A stretch of 64,000 bases of DNA, taken from positions 53,368 to 117,367 of the forward strand of contig JAJCZL010000001.1 of the NCBI GenBank assembly GCA_029262415.1, in the 5' to 3' direction. The stretch comes from Deltaproteobacteria bacterium (GTDB lineage Bacteria > Desulfobacterota > Binatia > UBA1149 > JAJCZL01). A program made the position numbers and the translations under genes. Below are positions 9,531 to 19,943 of this stretch, piece by piece. Below the pieces are notes generated by a model. That model had not been told where the DNA came from. It did no database searches and saw only the letters and a program-made list of their open reading frames with translations. The first letter of the stretch is position 1. The number at the start of each line of letters is the position of its first letter.

Positions 9531-10931
9531 TCACAGAACCCCCGCCAGCTCCTCGTACATGTAGATCGCAGCACGGACCGACTTCTCCCAGTCGCCCAGA
9601 TGTAAGCTCTCGTTTTCGGCGTGGGCGTTGGTGTATGGGTCCTCTACTCCGATAAGGAGCGCCGGGATGCCGCCGAGCTCGCGGGTCATGGGCTCGACGA
9701 ACGGGATCGAACCCCCACAGCCGATATAGACCGAGTCGCGCCCGAAGCCGCGCTCGAGCGCGCGCGCGGCGGCTGCGAATGCCGGATGATCGGTTTGCGT
9801 GTGCCACGGGCCCGCGGCTACTTCGCACGAAAATTCCGCTTGCAAGCCCCACGGCACGGCGGCTCGGAGATGCGCGATCAATGCGTCGCGGGTTTTCTCC
9901 GGGCTCATGTCAGGCACGATGCGCAGGCCCACACGGGCCCAGGCCGAATCGACCAAGATGTTACGGGCGTCTTTCCTATCCGAGGCCTGCATCGCGTTGA
10001 CGGCAACCGAGGGCCGGCGCCAGTTAAGTTCGAAGGGCGTCGTGCCGCCCGGTCGGAACATCCGCACGCCGGAGATCAGGCCGGCCTGTTTTCTATACGC
10101 ATCGCCGTCGACCGGCAGACTCGCCAGCGATGCACGTTCATCATCACTGAGTTGCCGGACATCGTCGTAGATGCCGTCAACCGCAATGCGGCCGTCGTCG
10201 TCGACCAAACCGCAAAGCATCCGCGCCAAGCCGATTGCCGCGTCGGGTAAAGGACCGCCCCACATGCCTGAGTGCAGCGCGTTCTCGAGTGCTCGGACTT
10301 CGACATCGACAACCACCAAGCCGCGCAGCGAGGTCGTGATCGACGGTATGCCGACATCGACGTTGGCGGTATCGGTCAACACCATCGCATCGGCATCCAG
10401 TTTTGAACGGTAGGTACGAAGGAATTCGCCGAGGTGCTCAGATCCGGTTTCTTCCTCCCCTTCTATTAATATTTTTACGTTGACAGGCAGTTCACCCGCC
10501 GACGCGAGCCACGCCTCAACGGCGGCAACATGTACGGAGATCCCGGCTTTATCGTCTGCCGAGCCGCGCGCGAACATGCGACCGTCAACGACGGTTGGCT
10601 CGAAAGGCGGCGTACGCCATTTCGCGTCCTCGCCGGCCGGCTGTACGTCGTGGTGGGCGTAGAGGAGCAGAGTCGGCAACGAGGAGTCGCGGACGATCTG
10701 TGCGAACACCGTTGGATGCGAGCCTTCGATTTCAAGAAGCTCGACGCCATCGAACCCTTTCGCACCCAATAGCTCGGCGACGGCAGCGGCCGATTCGCAC
10801 ACACGCTGGGGATCAAAGCCGGGAAAGGACACGCTGGGGATACGCACGAGACGCTCGAGGTCGGCAAGACAATCCGTTTTGCGCTTTGCGAATGCGGCGA
10901 CCGCGGCTTCAGCAGAACTGGGCTCAGGCAT
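9531..10931 (-). CDS. M20-family metallo-dipeptidase
   Basis: [36 protein letters not shown] zinc-ligand motifs. Confidence 0.93.
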   Translation of the reverse strand: MPEPSSAEAAVAAFAKRKTDCLADLERLVRIPSVSFPGFDPQRVCESAAAVAELLGAKGFDGVELLEIEGSHPTVFAQIVRDSSLPTLLLYAHHDVQPAGEDAKWRTPPFEPTVVDGRMFARGSADDKAGISVHVAAVEAWLASAGELPVNVKILIEGEEETGSEHLGEFLRTYRSKLDADAMVLTDTANVDVGIPSITTSLRGLVVVDVEVRALENALHSGMWGGPLPDAAIGLARMLCGLVDDDGRIAVDGIYDDVRQLSDDERASLASLPVDGDAYRKQAGLISGVRMFRPGGTTPFELNWRRPSVAVNAMQASDRKDARNILVDSAWARVGLRIVPDMSPEKTRDALIAHLRAAVPWGLQAEFSCEVAAGPWHTQTDHPAFAAAARALERGFGRDSVYIGCGGSIPFVEPMTRELGGIPALLIGVEDPYTNAHAENESLHLGDWEKSVRAAIYMYEELAGVL

Positions 10932-11126
10932 AGTTACGGCATCCTAGCGGAGCCGGCAAACTCGCGCACCCGCTCGCAGCATGCGCCGCGGAGGAGCTTA
11001 TGCCGGATGCGTAAAAACGTAAGGCTTTTGACGCGCGGCGCACAACCGTGAACATGCAAGCGCCCTTCCATATCCTCGCCAACGGATTTTTGCCCTATGA
11101 AATGGGCGTTTTCCCCGACCTGCCTA

Positions 11127-11142
11127 TGGCACGCAGCTTGCT
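11127..11142 (+). promoter_or_regulatory. sigma54 (-24/-12) promoter of flp1
   Basis: TGGCACGCAGCTTGCT, GG-N10-GC. Confidence 0.8.
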
Positions 11143-11194
11143 GCTAAACGAGCAAGTACACACACGGTCCCCAGAGGGGTCAGGAGGATAGAAC

Positions 11195-11377
11195 ATGAAT
11201 ACTTTGAAAGCTCTTTGGAACGACGAACAGGGTGCATCGATGGCTGAGTACGCGCTTCTTATGGCGTTGATCGCTGTCGCGACCATCGGCGCGATTACCG
11301 CACTGCGCGACCAGATCATCACGATCTTCACGGACGCCACGACCACTCTGTCCACCGCTGGTTCGGCCGGCTCGTAA
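11195..11377 (+). CDS. flp: Flp family type IVb pilin (copy 1)
   Basis: DEQG-ASMAEYALL prepilin cleavage motif, hydrophobic helix, RBS GGAGG. Confidence 0.93.
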   Translation: MNTLKALWNDEQGASMAEYALLMALIAVATIGAITALRDQIITIFTDATTTLSTAGSAGS

Positions 11378-11396
11378 GTAGCCAAGCCTCTCGAGT

Positions 11397-11434
11397 AAAA
11401 AACGGTCGGGTGTTCGCACCCGGCCGTTTTTTTT
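11397..11434 (+). terminator. Intrinsic (probably bidirectional) terminator after flp1
   Basis: AAAAAACGGTCGGGTG-TTCG-CACCCGGCCGTTTTTTTT. Confidence 0.9.
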
Positions 11435-11630
11435 GCGCGCTGCCGTGTTCGCTTTGCGGTTCGGGTGGGCAGACGCAGCAAGAATGGCTACACCGCAGCG
11501 ATACAGCCGAGCGTGCAGCGTTCGACGGTTAGCGTTACTTTTATTGATGGCGTCTGCACAACACTGTACGAACCCGGACCCCCCTCCTACAAAAACAGCC
11601 TGAAACCCTCGGTTCTAGTAGGCTCACAGT

Positions 11631-11646
11631 TGGCACACGGGTTGCT
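11631..11646 (+). promoter_or_regulatory. sigma54 promoter of flp2
   Basis: TGGCACACGGGTTGCT, GG-N10-GC. Confidence 0.8.
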
Positions 11647-11698
11647 TCCAATAACGCATTAACACGAGCGCCCGCAAGGGCAGCAGGAGAAAATACAG

Positions 11699-11881
11699 AT
11701 GAAAGTTTTGAAAGCTCTTTGGAACGACGAACAGGGTGCATCGATGGCTGAGTACGCGCTTCTTATGGCGTTGATCGCTGTCGCGACCATCGGCGCGATT
11801 ACCGCGCTGCGCGATCAGATCATCACGATCTTCACGGATGCCACGACCACTCTGTCCACCGCTGGTTCGGCCGGCTCGTAA
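11699..11881 (+). CDS. flp: Flp family type IVb pilin (copy 2; mature protein identical to copy 1)
   Basis: Same DEQG-ASMAEY motif; RBS AGGAG. Confidence 0.93.
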   Translation: MKVLKALWNDEQGASMAEYALLMALIAVATIGAITALRDQIITIFTDATTTLSTAGSAGS

Positions 11882-11901
11882 GTAGCCAAGCCTCTCGAGC
11901 T

Positions 11902-11938
11902 AAAAACGGTCGGGTGTTCGCACCCGGCCGTTTTTTTT
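11902..11938 (+). terminator. Intrinsic terminator after flp2
   Basis: Same hairpin as 11397-11434 with a T8 tail. Confidence 0.9.
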
Positions 11939-12133
11939 GCGCTGTCGTGTTCGCTTTGCGGTTTACGCGGGGCTGAGCCCGAAACACGAGCACGCTCGAA
12001 GCAACAAACCTTTATGTGCAGCGTCCGATTCGTAACGTCATATTTTTCGACGGTGTGCGCACCGAACTGTACGACGGTGGAGCGCTTTGTTGCTGAATGC
12101 AGGCGAAAACACCTGATTTCGGCGACCCGCGGT

Positions 12134-12149
12134 TGGTACGGCTATTGCG
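12134..12149 (+). promoter_or_regulatory. sigma54 promoter of flp3
   Basis: TGGTACGGCTATTGCG, GG-N10-GC. Confidence 0.7.
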
Positions 12150-12201
12150 AGTACGGGCCTGATGGCAAGTCGGCCTACGCAGGCGACAGGAGTAACCAGT
12201 G

Positions 12202-12384
12202 ATGAATGTTATGAAAGCGCTTTGGAGCGACGAACAGGGAGCCTCTTTGACCGAGTATGCACTCCTGCTGGCAGTGGTCACCGTCGGGATGCTGGGCGCC
12301 GTCATTGCTATGCGCGATGAGATGGTGGCAACTCTCTACAGTATACCGGCGGATCTATCGTCGCTGACGAGCTCCGGCTCTTAA
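12202..12384 (+). CDS. flp: Flp family type IVb pilin (divergent copy 3)
   Basis: DEQG-ASLTEYALL; RBS AGGAG; start is GTG 12199 or ATG 12202. Confidence 0.88.
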   Translation: MNVMKALWSDEQGASLTEYALLLAVVTVGMLGAVIAMRDEMVATLYSIPADLSSLTSSGS

Positions 12385-12389
12385 CGGCC

Positions 12390-13544
12390 TCAGACCCGTT
12401 CAAATGGATCGTAGAGTTTGTTGTACTCTTCGAACGCAAAGCGATCCGTCATCCCTGCGATGTAGTCTGCGATCACGCGAGGCATAGGCGTCTCCGCATC
12501 GGCCTTCGCGACAATGTGCGGCGGCATCTGCCGAGGGTCTTCCATATAGGCGCGAAAGATTCCTGTCATCACACGACGGGCTTTTCCGGCCATCCGTCTG
12601 ACACGCTGGTGCTGGTAAAGATGCGCCATCAGCCGGTCTTTGAGTTCGCGTACGCTGTCTTCCATGTCATCGCTCATGGCGACCAGCTTGGGTTTAACCG
12701 CACGCACCCCTGAAACCGAATCGATCTTGTTCGCCGCGATCGCGGCCTCGATGTTGGTGATGAAGTCACGCACCATCGCATCGATGATGCGCCGGACGGT
12801 CTGATAGCGAACCACCTGTACGCTGGCGCCCTTGCAAACCTCTGCAGCCGGACCGTAGTGTCGGTCCCAGAGCCGCACGCCGGTGAGGTCTTCGATACGC
12901 AGCATTCCCGACTCCAACCCGTCGTCGATATCATGGGCGTTGTAGGCGATTTCGTCCGCGTAATCGACGATCTGCGCTTCTAAGAGAGGCGCGTCGTCGC
13001 GGTTGTAATCGGCGATCTCTTCGCGGGCATAGGACGTAGAATGTTTGACGATTCCCTCGCAAACCTCATAGCTCAAATTGAGACCACGGATCCCTGGGTA
13101 GCGTTCCTCGAGCACTTCGACGATGCGCAGACTTTGGCTGTTGTGCTCGAAGCTGCCGTGTTCTTCCATCAAATCAGACAGTATCCGTTCGCCGGCGTGA
13201 CCGAATGGGGTATGGCCCAGGTCGTGAGCAAGTGCGATAGCTTCGGCTAGATCTTGGTTGAGGTCGAGCGCGCGGGCAACGGTGCGGGTGATCTGCGCGC
13301 ATTCCATCGTGTGGGTAAGGCGCGTGCGATAGTAGTCGCCCTCGTGATTGACAAAGACTTGGGTCTTGTATTCCAAACGGCGAAAAGCCGTGGAATGAAT
13401 CACGCGGTCGCGGTCGCGCTGGAAGGCTGAGCGAAAGTCGTGTTCGGGCTCTGGATGCCTACGGCCACGGCTGTCGGCCGAACGCATCGCGTAGGGTGCA
13501 AGCGTACGGTCTTCCAAGTCCTCGAAGTACTTGCGGTCGCGCAC
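12390..13544 (-). CDS. dgt: Deoxyguanosinetriphosphate triphosphohydrolase (HD domain)
   Basis: FQRDRDRVIHSTAFRRLEYKTQVF, RTRLTHT, AHDLGHTPFGHAGE, DYIAGMTD. Confidence 0.95.
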   Translation of the reverse strand: MRDRKYFEDLEDRTLAPYAMRSADSRGRRHPEPEHDFRSAFQRDRDRVIHSTAFRRLEYKTQVFVNHEGDYYRTRLTHTMECAQITRTVARALDLNQDLAEAIALAHDLGHTPFGHAGERILSDLMEEHGSFEHNSQSLRIVEVLEERYPGIRGLNLSYEVCEGIVKHSTSYAREEIADYNRDDAPLLEAQIVDYADEIAYNAHDIDDGLESGMLRIEDLTGVRLWDRHYGPAAEVCKGASVQVVRYQTVRRIIDAMVRDFITNIEAAIAANKIDSVSGVRAVKPKLVAMSDDMEDSVRELKDRLMAHLYQHQRVRRMAGKARRVMTGIFRAYMEDPRQMPPHIVAKADAETPMPRVIADYIAGMTDRFAFEEYNKLYDPFERV

Positions 13545-13565
13545 GCTCCCTCCCTGTCTGCGGGC

Positions 13566-15017
13566 CTATTCGGTCGGCAGCGTCGTCGTTGTTGTAGTCG
13601 TAGTCGGCGTCCGCGGTGGCGCAAAAAATATATCCTTGAAAGCCGAAGAGACCCCCGAGGTGGCACCGAACGTCGTGCAGTTGTTGCCGGCCGCGCCGCA
13701 TCCGATGACCGCTCCGACCGACGGGTCGGAAATCAACACCTTCGAATCGGTGAACCCGCCGCTCGGGTTGGCAACCACCGACGTCGGCGCGGAAACCGAA
13801 GCTGCCACGCTGCCGAAGCTTGCGCAGGAGGTGCCGTCTGGGTCGCATGCAATAACGTCGCCGGTCGCATCGGCGATCAGCAACAGCGCGGCATCTCCGG
13901 GCATGCACTTGCTTGCGGAACTCAGCGCTTCGCAGTCGGCGCTGGTATTGCACGAAACCGCAGTATCGTGGCGGCAGACCAACGCCGATAAGAATGCCAA
14001 GTCGACGGCTCGTCCAGCCGCACCGGCGGTATCGCCGAACACGCCCTGGGGGTTACCGGTGTTCTCGTTGTAGCGGCGCAGACCGGCACCTACCGCTCCG
14101 TCGACAACCAACAAGGCCCCGTTAACCGGTGAGAACGCCATCGCCGCTACACTTTCAGAGCCGGCGGTTACGTCACCGAGCACGCCAAGGAACAAGCCTT
14201 TGCCGGGGGCCTGTGCAGCAAAGCGCGAGACGGTTCCATCCGCGTCGGCGATGAAGAGCTGGCCGTTGCCGTCAAACGCTAGTGCCTGAGGGTCGCTTAC
14301 ACTGTCCGTCTCGTCGTTAGGGTTGGCGATGATCTGACCGGTGCGCAGATCGAACTCACGTACGATTCCACCCGCGGGCGTCGGAACTATAACGAAGATA
14401 TTGCCGTCGGCAGGATTGGACGCACCGGAGACCGCGCCTGTAGCGAACGTTCCGGTTGCACCGAACTCGCCGAGATCGGTGCCTGAGGTACCGCCGAATG
14501 CGCGCAGTGAACCGACCACGAACAACGAAGGATGGGTTTGTAAAACTCTTACGTCGGTGGCGCTGGCGGTGCCGTCGTCGGCAACCAGCCTGACCGAATA
14601 CGGGCCCGCCACATCGGCACCGAAAGTCGCAAACTCGTTGCTGTCGCCGAAGCCGACCGCGCAGCTGCCGACGCTGCAATCGGCGTTAACCGTGCATTTC
14701 TCGGCAGGGGCCGACCCACAGCGATCCGCGAAGGTCGAGGCGCTGTCGGAGTTGACAAAACTCCACTGGTAATCCAAGCGGCCGCCCCGCGGTGAAGTGC
14801 TGGCACTACCGTTCAACTCAAACAAGTCGCCGATATCAACCAGAAAACTCTCGAAACCCAGCCGCGCATCGGGCGGCTGCGGACTAGATTGAGAACTACT
14901 ACCGCCGCAGCCTGCGGCAAGCGCGAGCGCCACTGCCGACGCCGCGAAAAGGAACTGTCCGGAGAGGTGTTTCCGGATCTGATGTCGAAGAATCAATGCA
15001 GCTCCTCCCTTCCCCAC
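13566..15017 (-). CDS. Putative lipoprotein with PKD-like and beta-propeller repeats, Cys-rich inserts and a Thr-rich tail
   Basis: Lipobox LAAGC; LDYQWS...GPYSVRLV PKD-like segment; PQALAFDGNGQLFIAD NHL-like repeats; C-terminal PTTTTTTTTLP; start uncertain (15017 or 14996). Confidence 0.65.
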   Translation of the reverse strand: MGKGGAALILRHQIRKHLSGQFLFAASAVALALAAGCGGSSSQSSPQPPDARLGFESFLVDIGDLFELNGSASTSPRGGRLDYQWSFVNSDSASTFADRCGSAPAEKCTVNADCSVGSCAVGFGDSNEFATFGADVAGPYSVRLVADDGTASATDVRVLQTHPSLFVVGSLRAFGGTSGTDLGEFGATGTFATGAVSGASNPADGNIFVIVPTPAGGIVREFDLRTGQIIANPNDETDSVSDPQALAFDGNGQLFIADADGTVSRFAAQAPGKGLFLGVLGDVTAGSESVAAMAFSPVNGALLVVDGAVGAGLRRYNENTGNPQGVFGDTAGAAGRAVDLAFLSALVCRHDTAVSCNTSADCEALSSASKCMPGDAALLLIADATGDVIACDPDGTSCASFGSVAASVSAPTSVVANPSGGFTDSKVLISDPSVGAVIGCGAAGNNCTTFGATSGVSSAFKDIFFAPPRTPTTTTTTTTLPTE

Positions 15018-15202
15018 CGTTCATGCCGCCGAGACCGGCCCGATCCAAGGGACCCGGCGGTCAGCCCCCTCAAGCATTGCCGCAGACGATACCTTGAAGC
15101 CGAGAATTCTCAAGTAACACGCGGGCCTACAGTGCTGCTCAAAGTAGCCGAAAGATAAAGACGATACATAAACCTAGGAGAACAAGCGGCGCATTGTGCC
15201 CG

Positions 15203-15859
15203 TCAAAACGGGTTCCACCACGGCCGCTGAAGACGCTTGCGGCAGGTCGCAAGGCGGCTTTGGTATCGCCCTGCCCGTTTACTGACTTTATCTGCGACGC
15301 CCAGTAGCCAGGCTTTCGAGTTGTGCGTGCCGCGGCGAAAACCTTCGTCACCCTCGTGATAGGCGAGATAGAGCCGAAATGCGTCGTTTCGGCGCAAGCC
15401 CAGACGCTGCGCGCTGCGGTTGGTGTACCAGCCGACGAAGTCGATAGCGTCGGAGAAGTTGTCACGATCAGCGCCGTGATTGCCGGTAGATCTTATGTAC
15501 TCGCTCCAAGTCGGTTTGACGGCCTGGGTATACCCGTACGAACTCGACAGGCGCCTCCCGGGCAACACCCACAAGAACCTACCGCGCGGTGCTTTTGCCT
15601 TAGCGTCAAAACGGGATTCTTGGTGGATGATCGCCAACTGCACACCAATCGGTACGCCCCAGCGTCGCTCGGAACGTTCGGCTGCGCGAAACCAAGAGTG
15701 GTACTCAGCAAAAATGGCACAGCTGTCGTCTATGTTGCGCGGCGCCGGCTGCGTGCAGCCCGACACCGTCGCCAACACGACCAGAGCCGCTACGATACCT
15801 AAGGGCGGGCCGAGGCCGGCCCTGCTTCCACACCACACCACCCCAGCAGCCTGGACCAC
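15203..15859 (-). CDS. Lytic transglycosylase SLT-domain lipoprotein
   Basis: IIHQESRF catalytic Glu, SSSYGYTQA, YLAYHEG; lipobox VSGC; start uncertain. Confidence 0.88.
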   Translation of the reverse strand: MVQAAGVVWCGSRAGLGPPLGIVAALVVLATVSGCTQPAPRNIDDSCAIFAEYHSWFRAAERSERRWGVPIGVQLAIIHQESRFDAKAKAPRGRFLWVLPGRRLSSSYGYTQAVKPTWSEYIRSTGNHGADRDNFSDAIDFVGWYTNRSAQRLGLRRNDAFRLYLAYHEGDEGFRRGTHNSKAWLLGVADKVSKRAGRYQSRLATCRKRLQRPWWNPF

Positions 15860-15892
15860 GCGTGGTTGCAGGTCAAAACCGGCAGAGTCTTC

Positions 15893-16432
15893 TCAGTAGG
15901 GCCACTGCGATGTGACCTGGCCGCCGCGATCGAACGAGGCGATGGTGCCACGGCCATTTTCGGTCGAGCCGATAACGATCATGCGGTTGCCCGAGTCACC
16001 GTAGGTCGCAACCGCACCGGCGCCGCTGGCCTCGATGATGTTGATCCCGACTGCCGGCTCACCCTTGCGGCCGTAAGTCTCGATCGAGCCTCCGCCACCG
16101 GTCGTTGCATCGAGGCGAACCAACGGCGTGCCCTTGGAGTCGAAGGTCACGATATTGCCTCCGCCCTCTGAGTTATGCCCTACAGCCAGCAGGGTACGGC
16201 CTTCGCGGCTCTTGAAGTTGATCAAGCCGCGCACGTCGACCGACATCGAAAGCAACGCCGGTCCGTTGATGCCGATCAGCTCAAGCTTACGCGTGCGGAT
16301 CACGTCGGCGATGTCGTCGCCGCGGGCGCCGGTCAAAACCGCAAGAGCCGCGGCCGCCACGCAGCACGCGCTCAGTCGGCGAAGTCGTTTGTTGCTTGTT
16401 TCCAGCCTAGTGAGACGATCTTCGTAGTTCAT
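15893..16432 (-). CDS. Hypothetical protein (N-terminal coiled coil/TM, Gly-rich beta repeats)
   Basis: 179-aa ORF with coding-like composition; no catalytic motif recognised. Confidence 0.65.
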   Translation of the reverse strand: MNYEDRLTRLETSNKRLRRLSACCVAAAALAVLTGARGDDIADVIRTRKLELIGINGPALLSMSVDVRGLINFKSREGRTLLAVGHNSEGGGNIVTFDSKGTPLVRLDATTGGGGSIETYGRKGEPAVGINIIEASGAGAVATYGDSGNRMIVIGSTENGRGTIASFDRGGQVTSQWPY

Positions 16433-16573
16433 TTGCTTAGTCTACAGCGTTCGCTTTTCGAGATCAGCAATCACTAGGTAGCCCATAACGCGCCGCGCTG
16501 TTTCGCGCCGTTCTCGCACTAACCCCGCGTCTCGCGTACGCAGACGCTCTCATCTCGACCAAGGAGCAAAGCC

Positions 16574-17524
16574 ATGCCGCTATGTGAGATCGCCCTGTCC
16601 GACATGCACGCTACCGCCAAAGGCATCGACCGTCCCGAAGACGTAGTCATCGGCCGCGACGGTCGCGTATTCGCATCCGATCACCGATGCGCGGTAGCCG
16701 AGATCTTCGCAGACGGCTCGTTTGCGCGCCTCGGGCCCCGCGGCGGAGCTCCAAACGGCATTAACATGGACACCCAAGGGCGTATTCTAATTGCTAATTT
16801 CGGCATTTACGACGGTGAAGAAGGGGCGCTCGAACGCTTCGACCCTGCAACCGGCAAGCACGAAACACTGGTCGCGGCAGTTAACGGCATACGCCTTACC
16901 TCGAGCAACTACCCGGTGCTCGCGCGAGACGGAACCATTTGGTGCACGCATTCGACCTCGGCTGCGCAATGGCCCGAAGCACTCGACGGGCGCAGCGACG
17001 GGTTCGTCTTTGCGCTGTTGTCCGATGGAGCGGTCAAGCACGCGGCCGGCGGTCTCAAGTTCGCCAACGGCTGTTGCCTTGATGAAGGCGAGTCGTTTCT
17101 CTACGTGAACCAAACTTCGGGCGCCGACGTGGTGCGCTTTCCGATCCTAGGCCCGGGTGAACTCGGTCGGCGCGAGACCTACGGACCGAAACTCGGTCCG
17201 CTGCTCGACGGCCCCGTCGACCCCGCCAATTTGCCTCCACCCGAAATCACCCAGAACCTCGGCTACACCGACGGCAACGGCTTCGACATCGAGGGTAACC
17301 TGTGGGTCACGCTACCCGCTGCCAACAAGATCGTCGCTATCCGTCCCGACCGCAGCGTGTTTACCGTCGCACATGACCCCGACGGAACAATCCTGAATCA
17401 CCCCACCAATATCAGTTGGGGCGGAGACGACATGCGCGACCTCTACATCGGCAGCATCCAGGCGGACTACGTCATCAAGACACGCAGCCCGGTTGCGGGC
17501 ATGAAGATGGCGCATCAGCGGTAG
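16574..17524 (+). CDS. SMP-30/gluconolactonase family protein
   Basis: PEDVV, PNGI, ANGCCL, TDGNGFDIEGNLWV, PTNISWGG; RBS AGGAG. Confidence 0.9.
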   Translation: MPLCEIALSDMHATAKGIDRPEDVVIGRDGRVFASDHRCAVAEIFADGSFARLGPRGGAPNGINMDTQGRILIANFGIYDGEEGALERFDPATGKHETLVAAVNGIRLTSSNYPVLARDGTIWCTHSTSAAQWPEALDGRSDGFVFALLSDGAVKHAAGGLKFANGCCLDEGESFLYVNQTSGADVVRFPILGPGELGRRETYGPKLGPLLDGPVDPANLPPPEITQNLGYTDGNGFDIEGNLWVTLPAANKIVAIRPDRSVFTVAHDPDGTILNHPTNISWGGDDMRDLYIGSIQADYVIKTRSPVAGMKMAHQR

Positions 17525-17548
17525 GCGTCGCAGTTGCTACGCAAGTGC

Positions 17549-19918
17549 TCAGTCGCTGTTCGCACCCCATTTCCAGTTTCTGACTTCAGGTAGATCCTCG
17601 CCATACTCGCGAATGTGTCGCCGGTGTTCGATCCACTTGTCGCGGATCGCCTGTTTCGCATAGGCCGCCGCGGGCCCCAGCTGAGTGACGCGGTCAATGA
17701 CGTCTGCGGCCAGGTGGAATCTGTCTAAGTCGTTGAGCACAACCATATCAAAGGGGGTCGTCGTCGTGCCTTCTTCCTTGTATCCACGTACATGGAGGTT
17801 CGCGTGATTGGTTCGCCGGTATGTCAGCCGATGGATGAGCCACGGATATCCGTGGTAGGCGAACAGGATGGGCCTATCTCTGGTGAAGATCGTGTCGAAA
17901 TCACGATCCGAGAGACCGTGCGGGTGTTCGCTGTCCGGTTGGAGCGTCATCAGATCGACAACGTTGACAACGCGTACCTTGAGATCAGGAAACTCCTTGC
18001 GAAGTATCGAGACGGCCGCCAGCGTCTCGAGCGTGGGGACATCGCCGGCACATGCCATCACCACGTCAGGTTCGCCGCCGCGGTCGCTGCTCGCCCATTC
18101 CCAGATACCTATACCGGCCTCACAGTGTTTGATGGCCGCGTCCATGTCGAGGTACTGAAGCTGGGGCTGTTTGCCGGCGACGATGACATTGATAAAATCA
18201 CGCGACTGCAAACACTTGTCCGCAATGCATAGCAGCGTGTTGGCATCCGGCGGCAAATATACACGAATCACGTCTGCCTTCTTGTTCACCACATGGTCGA
18301 TGAAACCGGGATCCTGATGGCTGAAACCGTTGTGGTCCTGACGCCAAACGTGTGAAGTGAGCAGATAATTGAGCGACGCGATCGGCCGTCGCCAGGGAAT
18401 TTCAGCGCTGACCTTCAGCCATTTCGCATGCTGACTGACCATCGAGTCGACGATGTGAATGAATGCTTCGTAGCTCGGAAACAACCCATGACGGCCTGTG
18501 AGGAGGTATCCCTCGAGCCAGCCCTGACAGAGATGTTCGGACAAGACCTCCATTACCCGACCGTCGGCGCTGAGGTTCTCATCGACGTCGCAAAATGGCC
18601 CAATGAAGCGTTTCGAGGTGACCTCGAACAGCGCGCTCAGTCGATTGGAAGCAGTTTCGTCGGGTCCAAAAACACGGAAGTTCTTCGACTCGTGATTCGC
18701 CTTCATTACGTCGCGGAGATATCCGCCCAGGACGCGTGTAGATTCCGCAGCTGCGACACCTGGCTGCGCAGCCTCAACCGCGTATTGGCGGAAGTCGGGA
18801 AGCCGTAGGTGTTTCAGCAGCAGACCCCCGTTCGCATGGGGATTCGCGCCCATCCGGTGCGCGCCGCGTGGTGCCAATCCGAGCAACTCGGCGCGCGGGC
18901 GCCCCTCTTCGTCGAAGAGTTCATCGGGGCGGTAGCTCCGCAACCAATCTTCCAGCGCTTGCAGATGTGCGGGGTTTTCACGTAGGTCTGCGAGCGGAAC
19001 CTGATGTGCGCGCCAGGTTCCTTCTACGGGCTTGCCGTCAACTTGCTTCGGCCCCGTCCAACCCTTCGGTGTTCGAAGTACAACCATCGGCCAGCGCGGA
19101 CGCGTGGCGAGTCCGTGGCCACGAGCGCTCTGTTGAATCTCCCCAACCTCATCGAGTACCCGGTCAAGCGCGCCGGCCAGGCTTGTGTGGACTGATTCAG
19201 GATCGTCACCTTCGACGAAGTACGGCTGGTAGCCGTATCCGAGAAATAGCTGTTCCAGTTCTTCGTCGGGCATACGCGCGAGCAATGCCGGGTTCGCAAT
19301 CTTCCAGCCGTTCAGATGCAAGATCGGAACAACCGCGCCGTCGCACGCGGGATTCAGGAACTTGTTGGAGTGCCAGCTTGCTGCCAGCGGGCCCGTTTCC
19401 GCTTCTCCATCGCCGATCACACACGCAACGATCAGGTCCGGGTTATCGAATGCTGCTCCGAATGCATGCGCCAGCGAGTATCCGAGCTCACCGCCCTCGT
19501 GTATCGAACCGGGCGTCTCCGGAGAACAATGACTGGGAACACCCCCGGGAAACGAGAACTGTTTGAAGAGCCGGCGCATGCCCTCGGCGTCTTGTGACAC
19601 CTCGGGGTAGTGTTCGCTGTAGCTGCCCTCGAGCCAGGTCTGCGCGAGGAGTCCGGCACCGCCATGCCCTGGACCCGTGATGAATATCATGTTGAGATCG
19701 CGTTCGACGACAACACGATTCAGATGCACATAAAGCAAGTTCAATCCCGGCGTCGTTCCCCAATGCCCAAGCAGGCGCGGTTTGATGTGCTCGATTGCAA
19801 GCGGCTCGCGCAGCAGGGGGTTGGCCATGAGATAAAGCTGCCCTACCGAAAGATAGTTGGCGGCACGCCAGTAGGCGTCCATTTGATCGCGCAGAGCGGT
19901 CGGTAACATCTGGCTCAT
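17549..19918 (-). CDS. xfp: Xylulose-5-phosphate/fructose-6-phosphate phosphoketolase
   Basis: [50 protein letters not shown]. Confidence 0.97.
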   Translation of the reverse strand: MSQMLPTALRDQMDAYWRAANYLSVGQLYLMANPLLREPLAIEHIKPRLLGHWGTTPGLNLLYVHLNRVVVERDLNMIFITGPGHGGAGLLAQTWLEGSYSEHYPEVSQDAEGMRRLFKQFSFPGGVPSHCSPETPGSIHEGGELGYSLAHAFGAAFDNPDLIVACVIGDGEAETGPLAASWHSNKFLNPACDGAVVPILHLNGWKIANPALLARMPDEELEQLFLGYGYQPYFVEGDDPESVHTSLAGALDRVLDEVGEIQQSARGHGLATRPRWPMVVLRTPKGWTGPKQVDGKPVEGTWRAHQVPLADLRENPAHLQALEDWLRSYRPDELFDEEGRPRAELLGLAPRGAHRMGANPHANGGLLLKHLRLPDFRQYAVEAAQPGVAAAESTRVLGGYLRDVMKANHESKNFRVFGPDETASNRLSALFEVTSKRFIGPFCDVDENLSADGRVMEVLSEHLCQGWLEGYLLTGRHGLFPSYEAFIHIVDSMVSQHAKWLKVSAEIPWRRPIASLNYLLTSHVWRQDHNGFSHQDPGFIDHVVNKKADVIRVYLPPDANTLLCIADKCLQSRDFINVIVAGKQPQLQYLDMDAAIKHCEAGIGIWEWASSDRGGEPDVVMACAGDVPTLETLAAVSILRKEFPDLKVRVVNVVDLMTLQPDSEHPHGLSDRDFDTIFTRDRPILFAYHGYPWLIHRLTYRRTNHANLHVRGYKEEGTTTTPFDMVVLNDLDRFHLAADVIDRVTQLGPAAAYAKQAIRDKWIEHRRHIREYGEDLPEVRNWKWGANSD

Positions 19919-19943
19919 CGCATCGATCCTTCGTGGACAGGCT

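Larger units (their letters stand above)
11195..11963 (+). repeat. Near-identical direct repeat (about 265 bp; 11195-11461 and 11699-11963) covering flp and its terminator
   Basis: The two flp CDSs differ only at codons 2-3 and three synonymous sites; downstream terminator and flank are also duplicated; offset 504 bp. Confidence 0.95.

Noticed and set aside
11521-12074. Shared TTCGACGGT and ACTGTACGA words upstream of flp2 and flp3 as enhancer sites
   Set aside because: Spacing differs (42 versus 20 bp) and they are absent upstream of flp1; too weak without a motif analysis.
17524-17560. Third tRNA-Arg att copy marking the left end of a larger island
   Set aside because: Only a short CTAC...AAGTGC similarity; no tRNA 3' sequence.
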